Part shown: positions 20,839-31,384 of the stretch, piece by piece
Position numbering within the stretch: position 1 is the stretch's first letter
Layout of the letters: every line of letters starts with the position of its first letter
From: an uncultured Acetatifactor sp.
Lineage (GTDB): Bacteria > Bacillota > Clostridia > Lachnospirales > Lachnospiraceae
Assembly: GCA_944383825.1 (NCBI GenBank)
Contig: CALWRA010000002.1
Span: 33,259-97,258, forward strand
Reading direction: 5' to 3'
DNA: 64,000 bases
The notes under the pieces: model-generated
Seen by the model: the letters and a program-made list of their open reading frames with translations, nothing else
Databases searched by the model: none
Told to the model about the DNA's origin: nothing
Translations under genes and position numbers: made by a program

Positions 20839-22524
20839 ATGATAGTAGGAATTGATTTGGGAACAACAAACAGCCTGATCGCCTATTTTACGGAGGAGGG
20901 ACCGAAAATCATCCCCAACCGCCTGGGGAAGAACCTTACCCCTTCCGTAGTAAGCGTGGACAAGGAAGGCAATGTTTACGTAGGAGAAACCGCAAGGGAG
21001 AGGATGAGCCTTTACCCGGATTCCGTGGCCATGGCGTTTAAACGCAGTATGGGCACGGAGCGTATTTATGATTTGAGCGGGCACAGATTTAAGCCGGAAG
21101 AGCTTTCCAGCATGGTGCTGCGTTCGCTGAAGGAGGACGCAGAGAGCTTTCTGGGAGAAGAGATTACGGAGGCGGTAATCAGTGTGCCGGCCTATTTTGA
21201 TGACAAGAGAAGAAAGGCCACGAAGAGAGCTGGAGAGCTGGCGGGATTGAAAGTGGAACGTATGATTTCGGAGCCTACGGCGGCGGCGGTGGCCTACGGA
21301 TTGTATGATAAGACAAAGGACACCAGATTTTTGGTGTTTGACTTGGGCGGAGGAACCTTTGACGTTTCCGTGCTGGAGCTTTATCACAACATACTAGAGG
21401 TAAGAGCCGTGGCCGGTGACAATTATCTGGGAGGTGAGGATTTTACAGAAGTCATGGCGAAGCTTTTTCTGCATAAAAGCGGTCTGCAGATGCAGAAGCT
21501 TTCGGAAAAGGATCAGGTCAGACTGTACCGGCAGGCGGAAAAGGCCAAATGCGCCATAAGCGACGGTGAAAAAGTGACAATGACCTTTTTGTACGGTGAG
21601 GAGACAAGGGAAGAACAAATCACGGCCAAGGAGTATGAAGAGGCATGTGAAGAGCTTTTGATGAAAATAAGGGAGCCGGTTAAGAAAAGTTTGGCGGATG
21701 CGGGACTTAAGCTGAGTGATATAGATGAAGTGCTTCTGATTGGCGGCGCAACAAGGCTGTCTATTGTAAGAGACTTTTTAATCAGGCTGTTCCGCAAATT
21801 TCCTGATACTAAGCTGAATCCGGATGAGACGGTGGCTCTTGGTGCCGCCGTGCAGGCAGCCATGAAGGAACGGCGGGAGGAAGTAAAGGAAGTGATTCTT
21901 ACGGATGTATGCTCCTTTACTCTCGGCACGGAGGTGGTGGTGGAATTTGAGGAAGGGAAGTTTGAAGATGGCAGATTCTGTCCCATTATAGAGCGCAATA
22001 CAGTGATTCCGGCAAGCCACACGGAGCGGTTGTATACCGCCAGAGATAATCAGGACAGGGTTCGGGTCAGGGTGCTTCAGGGAGAAAGCCGGTTTGCCCG
22101 CAACAATCTGTATCTTGGGGAGCTGGAGATTCAGGTTCCTCCCGCACCAAAAGGACAGGAGTCCGTGGATGTAACATATACCTATGACATCAACTCTCTG
22201 CTTGAAGTGGAGGTGAAAGTAGTTTCCACCGGGGAAACCAGAAAAATGATTATTAAAGGACAGGACAACCAGATGACTGACGAAGAGATTGCCCGGCGCA
22301 TGGAGGAGCTGTCCTACCTGAAGATTCAGCCCAGGGATCAGGAGGAAAACAGGCTGGTGCTGCTTCGGGCGGAGCGAATGTATGAGGAGACTTTGGGAGA
22401 CAGAAGAAAAAAGCTTGATCATTATATCACGGCCTTTGAGACTGCTTTAAAAAAGGGCAATCGTGAGGAGATTGATCATACCCGTGAGGATCTGAATGAG
22501 ATTTTGGAGCAGGAGGACGAATAA
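20839..22524 (+). CDS. HscC-like Hsp70 chaperone
   Basis: GIDLGTTNS, VISVPAYF, EPTAAA, DLGGGTFDVS, GGATR; 561 aa with a short lid; directly after the J protein. Confidence 0.9.
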   Translation: MIVGIDLGTTNSLIAYFTEEGPKIIPNRLGKNLTPSVVSVDKEGNVYVGETARERMSLYPDSVAMAFKRSMGTERIYDLSGHRFKPEELSSMVLRSLKEDAESFLGEEITEAVISVPAYFDDKRRKATKRAGELAGLKVERMISEPTAAAVAYGLYDKTKDTRFLVFDLGGGTFDVSVLELYHNILEVRAVAGDNYLGGEDFTEVMAKLFLHKSGLQMQKLSEKDQVRLYRQAEKAKCAISDGEKVTMTFLYGEETREEQITAKEYEEACEELLMKIREPVKKSLADAGLKLSDIDEVLLIGGATRLSIVRDFLIRLFRKFPDTKLNPDETVALGAAVQAAMKERREEVKEVILTDVCSFTLGTEVVVEFEEGKFEDGRFCPIIERNTVIPASHTERLYTARDNQDRVRVRVLQGESRFARNNLYLGELEIQVPPAPKGQESVDVTYTYDINSLLEVEVKVVSTGETRKMIIKGQDNQMTDEEIARRMEELSYLKIQPRDQEENRLVLLRAERMYEETLGDRRKKLDHYITAFETALKKGNREEIDHTREDLNEILEQEDE

Positions 22525-22527
22525 GAC

Positions 22528-24555
22528 ATGGGCGGGTGGTGGAAGGCAATTCTGCTGGCTTTGCTGCTGGAGCTGACGCTGTGTCAGTATTCCAGCTGGA
22601 TGACAGCTTTCAATCAGCCCAAGGAGGCAGAAAATATCAATATATATGCAGGCGGCCAATGGAATGAGGACGGGACGCTCACTGTTGAGGATTCTCTGAG
22701 ACTGGAAATTTCCGAAATCAACTGCGAAGTAAACGCTCTGAAAGTAAGATTTACGAGAATGAACGCGGACGGCGTTGAAAAGGAACCTGTAACGACAGTG
22801 TCTGTGTATGCCAGAGATGAGGCGAACGAGGATTACTACGTATTGCCGGACAGGCAGATTTTGAAAGACGTGTCCAAAAGCCAGTATATGAAGCTTCACC
22901 TGTCGGGAGACTGCAAAAGCCTTGTGATTTCCTTTGCAGCTCCCCAGGGGGATATCATCAGAATTGACGAAATTTTGATAAATCCAAGAATACCTGTGAG
23001 CTTTTCGCCTCTTCGTCTGCTTCTTCTTACTCTGACGATTTTTTTTATCTGTGCTGCCCGTGTAAGGGGAAGGCATTATGCCGTTATGTGGTCCGAGAAC
23101 TCACGACTGCAGAAAACCGTTACTCTTGGGGTGATACTTCTGCAGATAGGGCTATTTGCCGGAACCGTTTTTCTAAATCCGGTTTTCAGCAATGTGGAGT
23201 GGGAGCATCATATGCAGTACCATAGGCTGGCGGAGGCGTTGTCCCAGGGGAGGCTTTATCTGGAAGAGCAGCCGCCGGCGTTTCTTTCATCCATGGAAAA
23301 TCCTTATGATTTTGTGATGCGGGATAAAATGGCGGAGAGTGCCGGAGAAAGCTACCTTTGGGATGTGGCTTATTTTGAAGGAAAGTATTATGTATACTTC
23401 GGTGTAGTTCCGGTAATTCTGTTTTACCTGCCCTGGTATCTGGCCACAGGAACACCTTTTCCCACTCATCTGGGCATCCTGATTACAGGCATTGGGTTTA
23501 TTCTGGCTGCGTTTTGGCTTTCCGGAAACCTTGTCAGGAAATATTTCAAAAAAGGAGTTCCTTATCTGGGGTGGCTGCTTGGTACTCTTTTGATGATAAA
23601 CGGCTGCGGAGCCCTGACGATCATGCGCAGGCCGGATTTTTACTCTCTTCCCATCCTGCTTGCCGTGACGCTTTCTGTGTTCGGCATAGGCTGCTTCATT
23701 TCCTCTCTGAGTGAAAACCAGGTGACGGCCTGGAAGCTGGTTGCAGGAGCTCTCAGCATGGCGCTGGTGGCAGGGTGCCGCCCGCAGCTTCTTTTGGGAT
23801 CGCTTCTGGCTATTCCTATTTTCTGGGATGCAGTGTTTCAAAAAAGTCTGTTGTTTTCCAAAAACAGCAGAGGAAGGACTGCGCTTGCAATGCTTGCCTA
23901 TGGGGTGGTGGGAGCGTTTTTGATGTTCTATAATTTCAAGCGGTTTGGCTCTCCCTTTGATTTTGGGGCAACCTATAACCTGACGACCAATGATATGACA
24001 AGAAGGGGATTTGAGCTGGGGCGTCTTCCGCAGGCGTTCTTTCTCTATCTGCTCCAGCCCCCTGCTCTCTCGGCGAGATTTCCCTATTTGCAGCTGACCT
24101 CTCAGTGGACCTCCTATATGGGGAAGGCGATCACCGAAGGTACCTTCGGGGGATTTCTGCCGGCGAATCTGATGGCTGCCTCCTCTTTGTGGTTTCTGGG
24201 CAGAAAAAAATGGTTTTCCAGCAGAACCCTGTACTGGACAGCCGCGCTGGCAGCGGTCCTGGGAATTTTGGTGGTCTGTATTGACGCCCAGGCTGCTGGA
24301 GTTCTGCTTCGGTACTTCAGTGATTTTGGCTGGCTGTTTTATCTTACCGCGCTGATTGCCTGGTTTGCCGCATGGGAGCATAACAGAGGCTCATTTGACA
24401 GGACGATTCTGCTACGCCTTGGAATGAATGCCGCTTTTGCGGCGACCATGGCCTTTTCTCTGCTCTTATTGTTTACGGACAACTCGGATGCTTTGGTGAA
24501 TACGGCGCCTGACGTTTTTTACCGTTTTTACTATGAACTTGCCTTTTGGGTGTAA
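22528..24555 (+). CDS. polytopic membrane protein, possibly GT-C-fold glycosyltransferase-like
   Basis: About 12 hydrophobic segments, a large N-terminal extracytoplasmic loop, WDVAYFEGKYYVYFG loop, RYFSDF near the C-terminus. Confidence 0.5.
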   Translation: MGGWWKAILLALLLELTLCQYSSWMTAFNQPKEAENINIYAGGQWNEDGTLTVEDSLRLEISEINCEVNALKVRFTRMNADGVEKEPVTTVSVYARDEANEDYYVLPDRQILKDVSKSQYMKLHLSGDCKSLVISFAAPQGDIIRIDEILINPRIPVSFSPLRLLLLTLTIFFICAARVRGRHYAVMWSENSRLQKTVTLGVILLQIGLFAGTVFLNPVFSNVEWEHHMQYHRLAEALSQGRLYLEEQPPAFLSSMENPYDFVMRDKMAESAGESYLWDVAYFEGKYYVYFGVVPVILFYLPWYLATGTPFPTHLGILITGIGFILAAFWLSGNLVRKYFKKGVPYLGWLLGTLLMINGCGALTIMRRPDFYSLPILLAVTLSVFGIGCFISSLSENQVTAWKLVAGALSMALVAGCRPQLLLGSLLAIPIFWDAVFQKSLLFSKNSRGRTALAMLAYGVVGAFLMFYNFKRFGSPFDFGATYNLTTNDMTRRGFELGRLPQAFFLYLLQPPALSARFPYLQLTSQWTSYMGKAITEGTFGGFLPANLMAASSLWFLGRKKWFSSRTLYWTAALAAVLGILVVCIDAQAAGVLLRYFSDFGWLFYLTALIAWFAAWEHNRGSFDRTILLRLGMNAAFAATMAFSLLLLFTDNSDALVNTAPDVFYRFYYELAFWV

Positions 24556-24566
24556 TCGGTTTGTTC

Positions 24567-24595
24567 TTGACGCGGACATTTCAGCTATATATAAT
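24567..24595 (+). promoter_or_regulatory. sigmaA-type promoter of alaS
   Basis: TTGACG-N17-TATAAT. Confidence 0.8.
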
Positions 24596-24635
24596 TATAA
24601 AATGCAAGGAATCGGAAAATAGGAGGATAAATCCC

Positions 24636-27290
24636 ATGAAACCATATGGCGTAAATGAACTGCGGAGGATGTATCTTGACTTTTTTGAGAGCAAGGGGCA
24701 TCTGAAGATGAAAAGCTTTTCTCTTGTGCCTCATAACGATAACAGTCTTTTGATCATCAATTCTGGAATGGCTCCCTTAAAGCCTTATTTTACCGGACAG
24801 GAGATACCCCCAAAAAAGAGAGTGACTACCTGTCAGAAATGTGTGAGAACCGGGGATATTGAAAATGTGGGAAAAACTGCCAGACACCTGACCTTTTTTG
24901 AGATGCTCGGCAATTTTTCCTTTGGAGATTATTTCAAGCAGGAGGCCATTGCCTGGAGCTGGGAGTTTTTGACTCAGATAATCGGTATGGAGCCGGACAG
25001 GCTGTACCCCTCCATATACTGCGAAGATGATGAAGCCTTTGAGATCTGGACTAAGGAAATCGGTATTCCGGAGGAAAGAATCACCCGTTTTTACCGGGAT
25101 GAGAACGGTAAATGCGACAATTTCTGGGAGCACGGGGCAGGTCCCTGTGGTCCCTGCTCCGAGATCTACTATGACAGAGGCATAAAATACGGCTGCGGTA
25201 AACCGGACTGCAAGGTTGGCTGTGACTGTGACCGTTTTATGGAAGTATGGAATAATGTGTTTACGCAGTTTGACAACGACGGTCAGGGACATTATACCGA
25301 GCTGGCTCAGAAGAATATTGACACGGGGATGGGGCTGGAGCGTCTTGCGGTTGCAGTGCAGGATGTGGATTCTGTATTTGACATCGACACCATGAAGGCT
25401 ATCCGGGACCGCATCTGCGGGATAGCAGGAACCGCTTACCGCGAGGATGAGGCAAAGGATGTATCTATCCGGCTGATTACGGATCATATCCGATCCTCTA
25501 CCTTTATGATCAGCGATGGAATTATGCCCTCCAATGAGGGGAGGGGCTATGTCCTGCGCCGTCTGATCAGAAGAGCGGCAAGGCACGGAAGGCTTTTGGG
25601 AATTCATGGGAAATTTCTGGCAGAACTGAGCAGGACTGTCATTCGGGAGAGTAAGGACGGCTATCCGGAGCTGGAGGAAAAGCAGGACTTTATTTTGAAC
25701 GTTCTGACTCAGGAAGAGGATAAATTTGATAAAACCATTGATCAGGGGCTGAGCATACTGAATGAAATGGAAGAGGACATGAAGAAAGCAGGCGCTTCTC
25801 AGCTGGCGGGAGAGAATGCCTTTAGGCTGTATGACACCTATGGCTTTCCTTTGGATCTGACGGAGGAGATTCTGGCGGAAAAAGGCTTCGCTATCGACCA
25901 TGCGGGTTTTGCCGCCTGTATGGAAAAACAGAAGGAGCAGGCGCGAAAAGCCCGTAAGGTAACGAACTATATGGGAGCCGACGTTACGGTTTACGAGTCC
26001 ATTGATCCGACTATAACCACAGAATTTGTAGGTTATGACAGACTCCAACATGAATCCAGAATTACTGCTCTGACCACAGAGACGGAGCTTGTGGAGGCTT
26101 TGACGGATGGCCAGGTGGGCACTGTTGTTGTGGAGGAGACCCCATTTTATGCCACTATGGGCGGACAGAACGGAGACATCGGAGTGATTGCCACTGCAGA
26201 TGGCAGCTTTGAGGTGAAGGAGACCATCCATCTGCTCGGAGGAAAGGTGGGGCATATCGGCACTGTCACCCATGGAATGCTGAAAGTGGGCGATACGGCA
26301 TCTCTTACGGTGGATGCCCGAAAAAGGGCGGACACCTGTAAAAATCACAGCGCGACCCATCTGCTTCAGAAGGCGCTCAGGGAGGTGCTGGGCACCCACG
26401 TGGAGCAGAATGGCTCCTATGTGGACGGAGAAAGGCTCCGCTTTGACTTTAGCCATTTTGCCCCGATGACTCAGGATGAGATTCGAAAGGTGGAAGAACT
26501 GGTGAACGAACAAATTTCAGCAAACCTTCCTGTGGTCACTCGCATCATGAGTCTCGAAGAGGCTAAAAAGTCGGGCGCAATGGCTCTCTTTGGAGAAAAA
26601 TACGGTGAGAGCGTGCGCGTGGTGAAAATGGGAGATTTCTCTACGGAGCTCTGCGGCGGTACTCATGTGGCAAACACCGGTTCCATAACGGCATTTAAGA
26701 TCGTCTCTGAAAACGGTGTGGCAGCAGGCGTCCGCAGAATCGAAGCTCTGACGGGAAACGGAGTTTTTGCATATTACAGGAGCCTGGAGAAGATTCTGGA
26801 GGAGGCGGGCAGGATCATGAAGACGGCTCCCGCCTCATTGCCGGAAAAATGTGAGCATGTGATGACTCAGCTAAAAGAGCTTTCCTCTGAGAATGAATCT
26901 TTAAAAAGTAAGGCTGCAAAGGAAGCTCTGGGAAATGTCATGGACAGCGTAAAGGAAGTTAAGGGTGTGAAGCTTCTTGCCGCAAATGTGGACAATGTGG
27001 ATATGAACGGTTTACGGGATCTTGGAGACCAGCTGAAGGAAAAGCTGGGCGAGGGAGTTGTGGTGCTTCTTTCCAATCAGGGCGGCAGGGTCAATATGAT
27101 TGCCATGGCTACCCAGGCGCCCCTGAACGCCGGCGCTCATGCAGGTAATCTGATTAAGGGAATTGCTGCTCTCGTTGGCGGCGGCGGTGGAGGACGTCCT
27201 AATATGGCTCAGGCCGGCGGAAAAAATCCGGAGGGCATTCCAGCGGCTATAGCAGAGGCGGAAAAGGTGCTGGAAGCGCAGCTTTCCTGA
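24636..27290 (+). CDS. alaS: alanine--tRNA ligase
   Basis: [49 protein letters not shown]; AGGAGG RBS. Confidence 0.98.
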   Translation: MKPYGVNELRRMYLDFFESKGHLKMKSFSLVPHNDNSLLIINSGMAPLKPYFTGQEIPPKKRVTTCQKCVRTGDIENVGKTARHLTFFEMLGNFSFGDYFKQEAIAWSWEFLTQIIGMEPDRLYPSIYCEDDEAFEIWTKEIGIPEERITRFYRDENGKCDNFWEHGAGPCGPCSEIYYDRGIKYGCGKPDCKVGCDCDRFMEVWNNVFTQFDNDGQGHYTELAQKNIDTGMGLERLAVAVQDVDSVFDIDTMKAIRDRICGIAGTAYREDEAKDVSIRLITDHIRSSTFMISDGIMPSNEGRGYVLRRLIRRAARHGRLLGIHGKFLAELSRTVIRESKDGYPELEEKQDFILNVLTQEEDKFDKTIDQGLSILNEMEEDMKKAGASQLAGENAFRLYDTYGFPLDLTEEILAEKGFAIDHAGFAACMEKQKEQARKARKVTNYMGADVTVYESIDPTITTEFVGYDRLQHESRITALTTETELVEALTDGQVGTVVVEETPFYATMGGQNGDIGVIATADGSFEVKETIHLLGGKVGHIGTVTHGMLKVGDTASLTVDARKRADTCKNHSATHLLQKALREVLGTHVEQNGSYVDGERLRFDFSHFAPMTQDEIRKVEELVNEQISANLPVVTRIMSLEEAKKSGAMALFGEKYGESVRVVKMGDFSTELCGGTHVANTGSITAFKIVSENGVAAGVRRIEALTGNGVFAYYRSLEKILEEAGRIMKTAPASLPEKCEHVMTQLKELSSENESLKSKAAKEALGNVMDSVKEVKGVKLLAANVDNVDMNGLRDLGDQLKEKLGEGVVVLLSNQGGRVNMIAMATQAPLNAGAHAGNLIKGIAALVGGGGGGRPNMAQAGGKNPEGIPAAIAEAEKVLEAQLS

Positions 27291-27294
27291 AAAG

Positions 27295-27321
27295 CTGTCT
27301 CTGCTTTTCCGGCAGAGACAG
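27295..27321. terminator. hairpin after alaS (no clear U-tract)
   Basis: CTGTCTCTGC-TTTTCCG-GCAGAGACAG. Confidence 0.5.
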
Positions 27322-27361
27322 GCAAGTCGTTATAAGATGTCTGCTCAATGGAAAAAAATAG

Positions 27362-27389
27362 TTGACGAATCAAATTTTTGTGCTATAAT
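27362..27389 (+). promoter_or_regulatory. sigmaA-type promoter of rpsU
   Basis: TTGACG-N16-TATAAT with an extended -10 TG. Confidence 0.75.
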
Positions 27390-27480
27390 GTTTAATGTGC
27401 ACGTGGTAAGAGCGTTGTACATAAAGAATAACCCAATCAGTCATGTTACTAGAGGGACTGAAGGGAGGTCGGGTGCAGTT

Positions 27481-27657
27481 ATGTCAAACGTAATCGTAAA
27501 AGAGAACGAGACTTTGGATAGCGCGTTGCGTCGCTTCAAGAGAAGCTGTGCAAAAGCTGGTATTCAGCAGGAGATTCGCAAGAGAGAGCATTACGAGAAG
27601 CCTAGCGTAAAGCGTAAGAAGAAGTCCGAAGCGGCAAGAAAACGTAAATATAATTAG
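27481..27657 (+). CDS. rpsU: 30S ribosomal protein S21
   Basis: [18 protein letters not shown]...[12 protein letters not shown]. Confidence 0.97.
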   Translation: MSNVIVKENETLDSALRRFKRSCAKAGIQQEIRKREHYEKPSVKRKKKSEAARKRKYN

Positions 27658-27661
27658 TGAA

Positions 27662-27700
27662 CAAAAGTCCTTAGTCGGTCACGACCGGGGACTTTGTGTT
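27662..27700 (+). terminator. terminator-like hairpin after rpsU
   Basis: CAAAAGTCC..CGGTC-AC-GACCG-GGACTTTG then TGTTTT. Confidence 0.6.
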
Positions 27701-27775
27701 TTGACAACAAAAGGTACGTGGCGTACAGGTTGTCGCTGCAAAATAAGTCCGGATAAAACCGAGGGGTGGATTGTA

Positions 27776-28369
27776 ATGTGGACAAGAGAAATATTCGGAA
27801 CGGATGTGTATCATCTTGTGGCGGCCTTTGTAATTTACAGCATTTTGGGCTGGTTTGTTGAGTCCGTCTATATGTCGTTCTGCAATCGCAGGGTGACCAA
27901 CAGGGGATTTGCAAAAAGTCCCTTTTGTCCAATCTATGGCTTTGGGGCTGTAATTGGGTATCTTCTTCTTGGTCCATTAAAAGGCCAGTATGTAAAACTG
28001 TATCTGGCGGGGGCCATATTGGCTACTGTCTTTGAGTATCTGGTGGGACGGCTGATGATCCGTCTTTTTGGCCAGCTTTGGTGGGATTATGAGAAAAAGC
28101 CGTTTAACTTTCAGGGAATCATCTGTCTGGAAAGTACTGTATGCTGGGGATTTTATGCTGTAGGCATTGTGCATTTTCTGCACGACGTAGTAAACCGTCT
28201 GATCGATTCCGTCAGATTTGATTACGGCGTAAGAACTCTTCATGTGATTTTACTGATTGTGGCGGTGGATTACATAATCCAGCTTCTGAAGGCTTTTCAT
28301 GTGGATGTGAAAGAAAAGCGAGAGCAGATTGCGGACAAATGTTATTCTTTTATCGCGAGGTGGTATTAA
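27776..28369 (+). CDS. putative ABC-transporter-permease-like membrane protein (CmpB/DUF1113 type)
   Basis: IYSILGW..E, NRGF...P.CPIYGFG, EYL.G, WWDY....FN.QG.ICL. Confidence 0.8.
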   Translation: MWTREIFGTDVYHLVAAFVIYSILGWFVESVYMSFCNRRVTNRGFAKSPFCPIYGFGAVIGYLLLGPLKGQYVKLYLAGAILATVFEYLVGRLMIRLFGQLWWDYEKKPFNFQGIICLESTVCWGFYAVGIVHFLHDVVNRLIDSVRFDYGVRTLHVILLIVAVDYIIQLLKAFHVDVKEKREQIADKCYSFIARWY

Positions 28370-28382
28370 TCTTGGCCGAGAG

Positions 28383-28411
28383 GAATATCAGGAGCTGCGT
28401 TTCCATATTCT
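28383..28411 (+). promoter_or_regulatory. sigmaE-like sporulation promoter
   Basis: GAATA-N16-CATATTCT before a DD-carboxypeptidase gene. Confidence 0.55.
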
Positions 28412-28445
28412 TTATTATAAGAAAATATGGGAGCGTGGCTTTTTT

Positions 28446-29606
28446 ATGTGTGGGAGAAGGACAATAGCGGCATTTTGTCTGTGCATTGCTGTATTTTTGA
28501 GTACGGGCTTCAGGGCCCAGGCCAATGTGAGCATAACGGCGCCCTCTGCAATTTTGATAGAGGCATCCACAGGACAGATTATTTTTGAACAGAATGCAAC
28601 GGAGCGAAGGAGCCCTGCCAGCATTACCAAGATTATGACGCTTTTGCTTGCCTTCGAGCAGCTGGAGGCTGGGAAAATAAGTCTGGATGATCAGGTGACT
28701 ACAAGCGAGTATGCCAGCTCTATGGGAGGCTCTCAGGTTTTCCTGGCAGCCGGGGAGGTCCAGACTTTGGATACGATGCTGAAGTGCATTGCAGTGGCTT
28801 CCGGAAATGATGCCAGTGTGGCTGTGGCTGAGCATATTGCCGGCAGCGAAGCGGCGTTTGTGGAAATGATGAATGGAAAAGCAGCGGAATTGGGAATGAC
28901 AGACACTCATTTTGAAGACTGCTGCGGCCTTACGGATTCCGACAATCATTATTCCTCAGCCAAGGATATCGCCATTATGTCCAGGGAATTGATTACAAAA
29001 TATCCCAAGGTTTTTGATTACACTACCATATGGATGGAGGATATTACCCATGTGACCAAGCAGGGGAGCAGCACCTTTACTCTGACCAGCACAAATAAAC
29101 TGCTGAAACAATATCAATGGACCACGGGATTGAAAACAGGCTCCACATCAAAGGCAAAATATTGTGTATCCGCAACGGCGAGCAAGGATGGCATTGATTT
29201 AATTGCTGTTATTATGGCGGCTCCGGATTATAAGATTCGTTTTCAGGACGCTCAGACACTTCTGACTTACGGCTATAACGTATGCGACCTGTACATAGAT
29301 GAAAATCAGGACAGCCTGCAGCCTCTTTTGGTGGAAGGAGGAGTGTCCGATGAGGTGAATGTAAAGTATGCGGGAGAATTCCGGTATTTGGATACACAGG
29401 GGAATGTGTTGGACGGGGTGGAAAAAGTTATTGAGCTGCCACAGACCGTAAGCGCTCCTGTTGAAGAGGGCGCTGAAGTCGGAAAGGCAACATATTTTCT
29501 GGATGGAGCGCAGCTGGGGAGCGTGCCTATATTGTATGCGGAAAGTATAGAAAAAGCAAAATATCCGGATTATCTGAAAAAAATATTTGGCTTTTTCCTT
29601 TTGTAA
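28446..29606 (+). CDS. D-alanyl-D-alanine carboxypeptidase (S11, DacF/DacB-like)
   Basis: Signal peptide; SITK, SGN and KTG motifs. Confidence 0.92.
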   Translation: MCGRRTIAAFCLCIAVFLSTGFRAQANVSITAPSAILIEASTGQIIFEQNATERRSPASITKIMTLLLAFEQLEAGKISLDDQVTTSEYASSMGGSQVFLAAGEVQTLDTMLKCIAVASGNDASVAVAEHIAGSEAAFVEMMNGKAAELGMTDTHFEDCCGLTDSDNHYSSAKDIAIMSRELITKYPKVFDYTTIWMEDITHVTKQGSSTFTLTSTNKLLKQYQWTTGLKTGSTSKAKYCVSATASKDGIDLIAVIMAAPDYKIRFQDAQTLLTYGYNVCDLYIDENQDSLQPLLVEGGVSDEVNVKYAGEFRYLDTQGNVLDGVEKVIELPQTVSAPVEEGAEVGKATYFLDGAQLGSVPILYAESIEKAKYPDYLKKIFGFFLL

Positions 29607-29670
29607 ACGGATGGAATATGCTAAAATGAAAAAGACGCCCTGATCAGAGGCTGCTTTTGCGAGGAGTACA

Positions 29671-30531
29671 ATGTTTGATATTTTGTTTACAATATTAGGT
29701 GTTTTGGCGCTGATCTGCCTGTGGGTTTTAATATTTGACAGCAACCGTTTTGTGGTGGTGCATCACAAAATAGAGGATGAGCGTATTAAAGAGGTATGCC
29801 GGGGAGTGGTTCTGGCAGATCTCCATAACAAATGCTATGGAAGGGAAAACGAAAGGCTGCTTGAAGCCATTAGACAGTGCAGGCCGGATTTTATTCTGGT
29901 GGCAGGAGATATGCTGACTGCTAAGCCCGGGAAAAATCCCGGAGCGGCTCTGCATTTTTTAAAGCTTCTTGCGGCCGAATATCCGGTTTACTATGGAAAC
30001 GGCAATCATGAACATCGTCTGAAGCTGTACCCCCAAAAATACGGACGGATGGGGGAGGATTATGAGAGGGCGTTAAAAGAAATGGGGATCCGGCTTTTGG
30101 TCAATTCCCATATTTCTCTGCCAAATCATGGAATCGTGATTTATGGGTCGCAGATAGACAAGCAGTATTATAAGAGATTCCGAGTGGCACACATGGACGG
30201 CGGGTATCTGAGGAAGCTTTTGGGAAAGCCGGACCGGAACAGCTATAATATCCTGATAGCGCATAATCCAGACTATTTCCCACAGTATGCGGATTGGGGT
30301 GCGGATCTGACGCTTTCCGGTCATGTGCACGGCGGTATGGTGAGAATTCCCATTTTGGGCAAAGGCGTGGTGTCTCCGGGAATTCGTTTTTTTCCAAAGT
30401 ATGATGGAGGCATATTTTACCGGGGCAGAGCATTGATGCTTTTAAGCAGAGGGCTTGGAATGCACACCATTCCCATCAGACTGTTTAATCCGGCGGAGGT
30501 GCTGGCGGTGGACTTTGCGCCGAAACAGTGA
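29671..30531 (+). CDS. membrane-anchored metallophosphoesterase
   Basis: DLHN, GDM, GNHE, HNP, GHVHGG motifs; N-terminal TM helix. Confidence 0.9.
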   Translation: MFDILFTILGVLALICLWVLIFDSNRFVVVHHKIEDERIKEVCRGVVLADLHNKCYGRENERLLEAIRQCRPDFILVAGDMLTAKPGKNPGAALHFLKLLAAEYPVYYGNGNHEHRLKLYPQKYGRMGEDYERALKEMGIRLLVNSHISLPNHGIVIYGSQIDKQYYKRFRVAHMDGGYLRKLLGKPDRNSYNILIAHNPDYFPQYADWGADLTLSGHVHGGMVRIPILGKGVVSPGIRFFPKYDGGIFYRGRALMLLSRGLGMHTIPIRLFNPAEVLAVDFAPKQ

Positions 30532-30562
30532 ATTTGTAGAATCAAGCGAGGCAAGACTGATT

Positions 30563-31309
30563 ATGGCAATACCTGTAAAGCTGGAAGTGTTTGAAGGCCC
30601 CTTGGACCTGCTGCTTCATCTGATCGATAAAAATAAAATAGACATATATGATATTCCGATTACAGAGATTACGGAACAGTATCTGGACTATATCAAACAG
30701 ATGCAGAAGAGTGACATGAATGTGATGAGCGAATTTCTGGTGATGGCGGCCACCCTTATTGACATTAAATGCAGGATGCTGCTTCCGAAAGAGGTAAATG
30801 AGGAAGGAGAGGAGGAGGATCCCAGAGCGGAGCTTGTTCAAAAGCTATTGGAGTACAAAATGTATAAATATATGTCTCTGGAATTAAAGGACCGACAGGT
30901 GGATGCCGCCAGGAATCTGTACAGACGGCAGAAACTTCCGGAGCAAGTGGCCGCATACAGGCCTCCCATAGATTACCAGGAGCTTTTGGGAGATATGACG
31001 CTGTCAAGACTTCATGAGATTTTTAAGTCGCTGGTTAAGCGCCAGGAGGATAAAATAGACCCCATTAGAAGCAGATACGGCAATATTGAGAAAGATGAAA
31101 TCGATATGGAGGCAAAGACCCTGTATGTAGAGGCATATGCAAGGGAGCATAAAAGCTTCAGCTTCCGAAGGCTTTTAGAAAAACAGTCCAGCAAAATGGA
31201 AATGATCGTTACCTTTCTGATTATTCTGGAGCTGATGAAGACGGGGAAAATCAATATCAGTCAGGAGAATATTTTTGACGATATTATTATAACTTCCAAC
31301 GTGGCCTAG
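30563..31309 (+). CDS. scpA: segregation and condensation protein A
   Basis: FEGPLDLLLHLI...IDIYDI; VTFL.ILEL.K. Confidence 0.95.
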   Translation: MAIPVKLEVFEGPLDLLLHLIDKNKIDIYDIPITEITEQYLDYIKQMQKSDMNVMSEFLVMAATLIDIKCRMLLPKEVNEEGEEEDPRAELVQKLLEYKMYKYMSLELKDRQVDAARNLYRRQKLPEQVAAYRPPIDYQELLGDMTLSRLHEIFKSLVKRQEDKIDPIRSRYGNIEKDEIDMEAKTLYVEAYAREHKSFSFRRLLEKQSSKMEMIVTFLIILELMKTGKINISQENIFDDIIITSNVA

Positions 31310-31384
31310 GAAAAATTCCGGGGAGGAAGGGAAGAGTTGGAACTACGGCTTGCGCGGTGCAGGCGGACAGGAGCGGATACATAG

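Noticed and set aside
24777-26513. 578-aa antisense ORF opposite alaS (similar ones at 23287-24381, 36405-37367, 50140-51228 and others)
   Set aside because: They lie wholly opposite well-supported genes, show no recognisable motifs or RBS, and are the expected shadow of codon bias in long coding regions.
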